Below, piece by piece: positions 62,293-64,000 of a stretch of 64,000 nt of DNA. Location: NCBI GenBank assembly GCA_963705505.1, contig CAVPJU010000002.1:62549-126548 (forward strand). Direction: 5' to 3'. The DNA comes from an uncultured bacterium (GTDB lineage: Bacteria; Desulfobacterota_D; UBA1144; Nemesobacterales; UBA2774). The position numbers and the translations under genes are program-made. The notes beneath the pieces are model-generated. The model had not been told where the DNA came from. It did not search any database and was given only the letters and a program-made list of their open reading frames with translations. Position 1 is the stretch's first letter; each line of letters opens with the position of its first letter.

Positions 62293-64000
62293 CTACGCCG
62301 CCAATCTGCTCTCAAATTCCTCCCCTTGAATCGTCTGCCCTATCGCGTCATTCACGTTGCCCGATACTATATTGAACGCGTCGACGAATGCATTGAACTG
62401 GTCTAAGAGCGCCTTTCCTATCTCCGCCCTGGCCTCTGGCGAGCCGGCTTTTTGAAATGCCGCGAATTGCTCATCTATCACAGCCTGTGCTTTTCGGGTA
62501 AAGCTCCAATGCAACAAAAGCCTCCTGAAAGAAACTTCTAATTGATTCTAAAAATCTTCCCTGTAAATCTCCCTGTAGGAATTTTTCTAGTTTATCTTGA
62601 ATATTCTTCGCGCCCTTTGCATCGAATCCCAATAAATTTGAACGCCCTATTTTTGATTCCATATCGACAGCGGTATTTAGTAAAGCATCATTTAAGATAG
62701 CTGCCATATCAGCGGGCAATTTATTTATTATGTCTTGAATGCTTTGAATCGTATCCGCTATAGCTTTTTGTATTGCATCTTTTAATTTGTCCCTTTCCTT
62801 CCCGCTAAACGCCCCGCCGCCGCCATGAGAGGATAGAGTTTTAAATATCTCATCGCTGAATAATTCAGGGTCTAAAAATTCTTTTACTAAAGCAGCCCTC
62901 TCGCCTATGTCGGTCTTTATAGATTCGAATTTGAATGCGAAATGAGGGGTCTTCTTGAGCAAGGGGAGAATAAGCGTTACAACCAATGCCGCGGCTGCTA
63001 AGGCCGCGCCTATGATTGTTATTGCAGCACCTGCGGTTGCGAGTAATCCCGGTGTAGCTGCGGTCTCGGCAAGTGAAGCACCCACAGAACCACCTGCTGC
63101 AAAAGAGCCAGTACCTGATCGGGCTGCCCCTCCTCCAGCAGCCGTTGTAAATGCAGCAGATGAACTTAAACCAAGTCCCGCACCTAGAGTAGCAAACGCC
63201 CCGCCGCTCCCGAATAATCCCGCTATATTCGTACCCGCACCTATGGCTTGCTGTCCCGCTTGTACTGGGTTTCCTCCGCCTTGCTGCTCCCCTTTCAATC
63301 CAAATAGCCCACCTATGGATAGAACTATCTGCCTCGTCGCTATAGCGCTTACCAGGTCGAGGAAAGACCTCAGTATCGCTTCGAACGCCTGCTTCGCAAG
63401 GTCCTTCAGGTCATCAAATTTCCCCGTGAGCACGTTGAAGAACAGGTCCGAAAAATTTTGACTCATCTGGCTGAGCGTGTCGGCGAAGAAGTCCGCCATA
63501 GCTCGCTGTTACTCTGTACGTTCTCTACAAAATCCTTGAACCCCTGCGTTATTCCCTCAAAGAACCCCGCCGAGCTCTGCACCTGATCGATTGTATTCCC
63601 AAACTCCTCCGCACTTGCGCCCGCACTGTCAAATGCAACGGACCCGTCCTCAAGAGACTGATTTACCTGCTCCTGTGTCACCCCGAATACTTTGTTCAAA
63701 TCGTACATTCCCAAGGCTAATACCGTACGTGTTAAATGTCCCCTCCGCCTGTTCCACCTGCCCGCTGGCGGTCTCTATCCGATCTGCCAATTCATCTGTC
63801 TGTCCAGTCAGAGGATCTATACCTTTTTCCCTCAGACTTACCACACTCGCCATTACGCCATTTACTGCATCAGACATATCCCCCTGACCAAGGGTAAAGG
63901 CAGAAACCTCTCCACCAGCCATCGCAAGTGCATTATTAAGCGGCGGGAACAATTTAGTCTGATCATCAATTGCCTTATTTGTCCGTTCAAATTCTTCTCT
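62293..64000 (-). CDS. Second tape-measure-like gene, C-terminal part (frameshifted, runs off the window)
   Basis: FSDLFFNVLTGKFDDLKD, Gly/Ala-rich region, KKTP...F.SIKT..G.RA..V.EFLD and FNAFVDAFNIVSGN shared with 58213-59223. Confidence 0.65.

Noticed and set aside
1..64000. CRISPR array, tRNA, rRNA, integrase or transposase
   Set aside because: No regularly spaced repeats with spacers, no recognisable stable-RNA sequence and no recombinase motifs seen by eye.
56200..64000. Intact prophage
   Set aside because: Only tape-measure-like genes are present, repeated and interleaved with oppositely oriented lipoproteins; no other virion or replication genes in the window.

Overview
Bacterial chromosomal window, mostly GC-rich with two visibly more AT-rich segments (~21.3-30.6 kb and ~56.2-62.3 kb). 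An IPTL-CTERM sorting tail and the repeat families would fit a Dadabacteria/Desulfobacterota-like organism, but this is tentative. I saw no rRNA, tRNA, CRISPR array, integrase or transposase. Many genes carry single-base frameshifts, probably assembly errors. Ordinary content: dehydrogenases, a Fur-boxed imelysin/di-haem oxidoreductase pair, MFS and APC transporters, a GH25 lysozyme, a PafA phosphatase and a split MprF plus AcvB lipid-modification locus. Main highlights: (1) a RiPP-like cluster at 45.7-52.3 kb with a PqqD/RRE protein, an HPr-kinase-like enzyme, three glycosyltransferases, a nucleotidyltransferase and a 54-aa precursor candidate, but no lasso cyclase or protease; (2) a 38-aa, 12-Cys metallothionein-like ORF, absent from the ORF track, directly upstream of a SigZ-type ECF sigma factor; (3) a tandem ~4.1-kb module of a tape-measure-like gene divergent from a triplet of paralogous small lipoproteins (six copies), with no other phage genes; (4) a ~9.3-kb island bounded by a 24-bp direct repeat and carrying a putative sigma54-activator to ECF-sigma cascade; (5) a GluR0-like channel lacking the K+ selectivity filter; (6) candidate structured RNAs near 16 kb. 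All family assignments come from motif recognition by eye, not from database searches.
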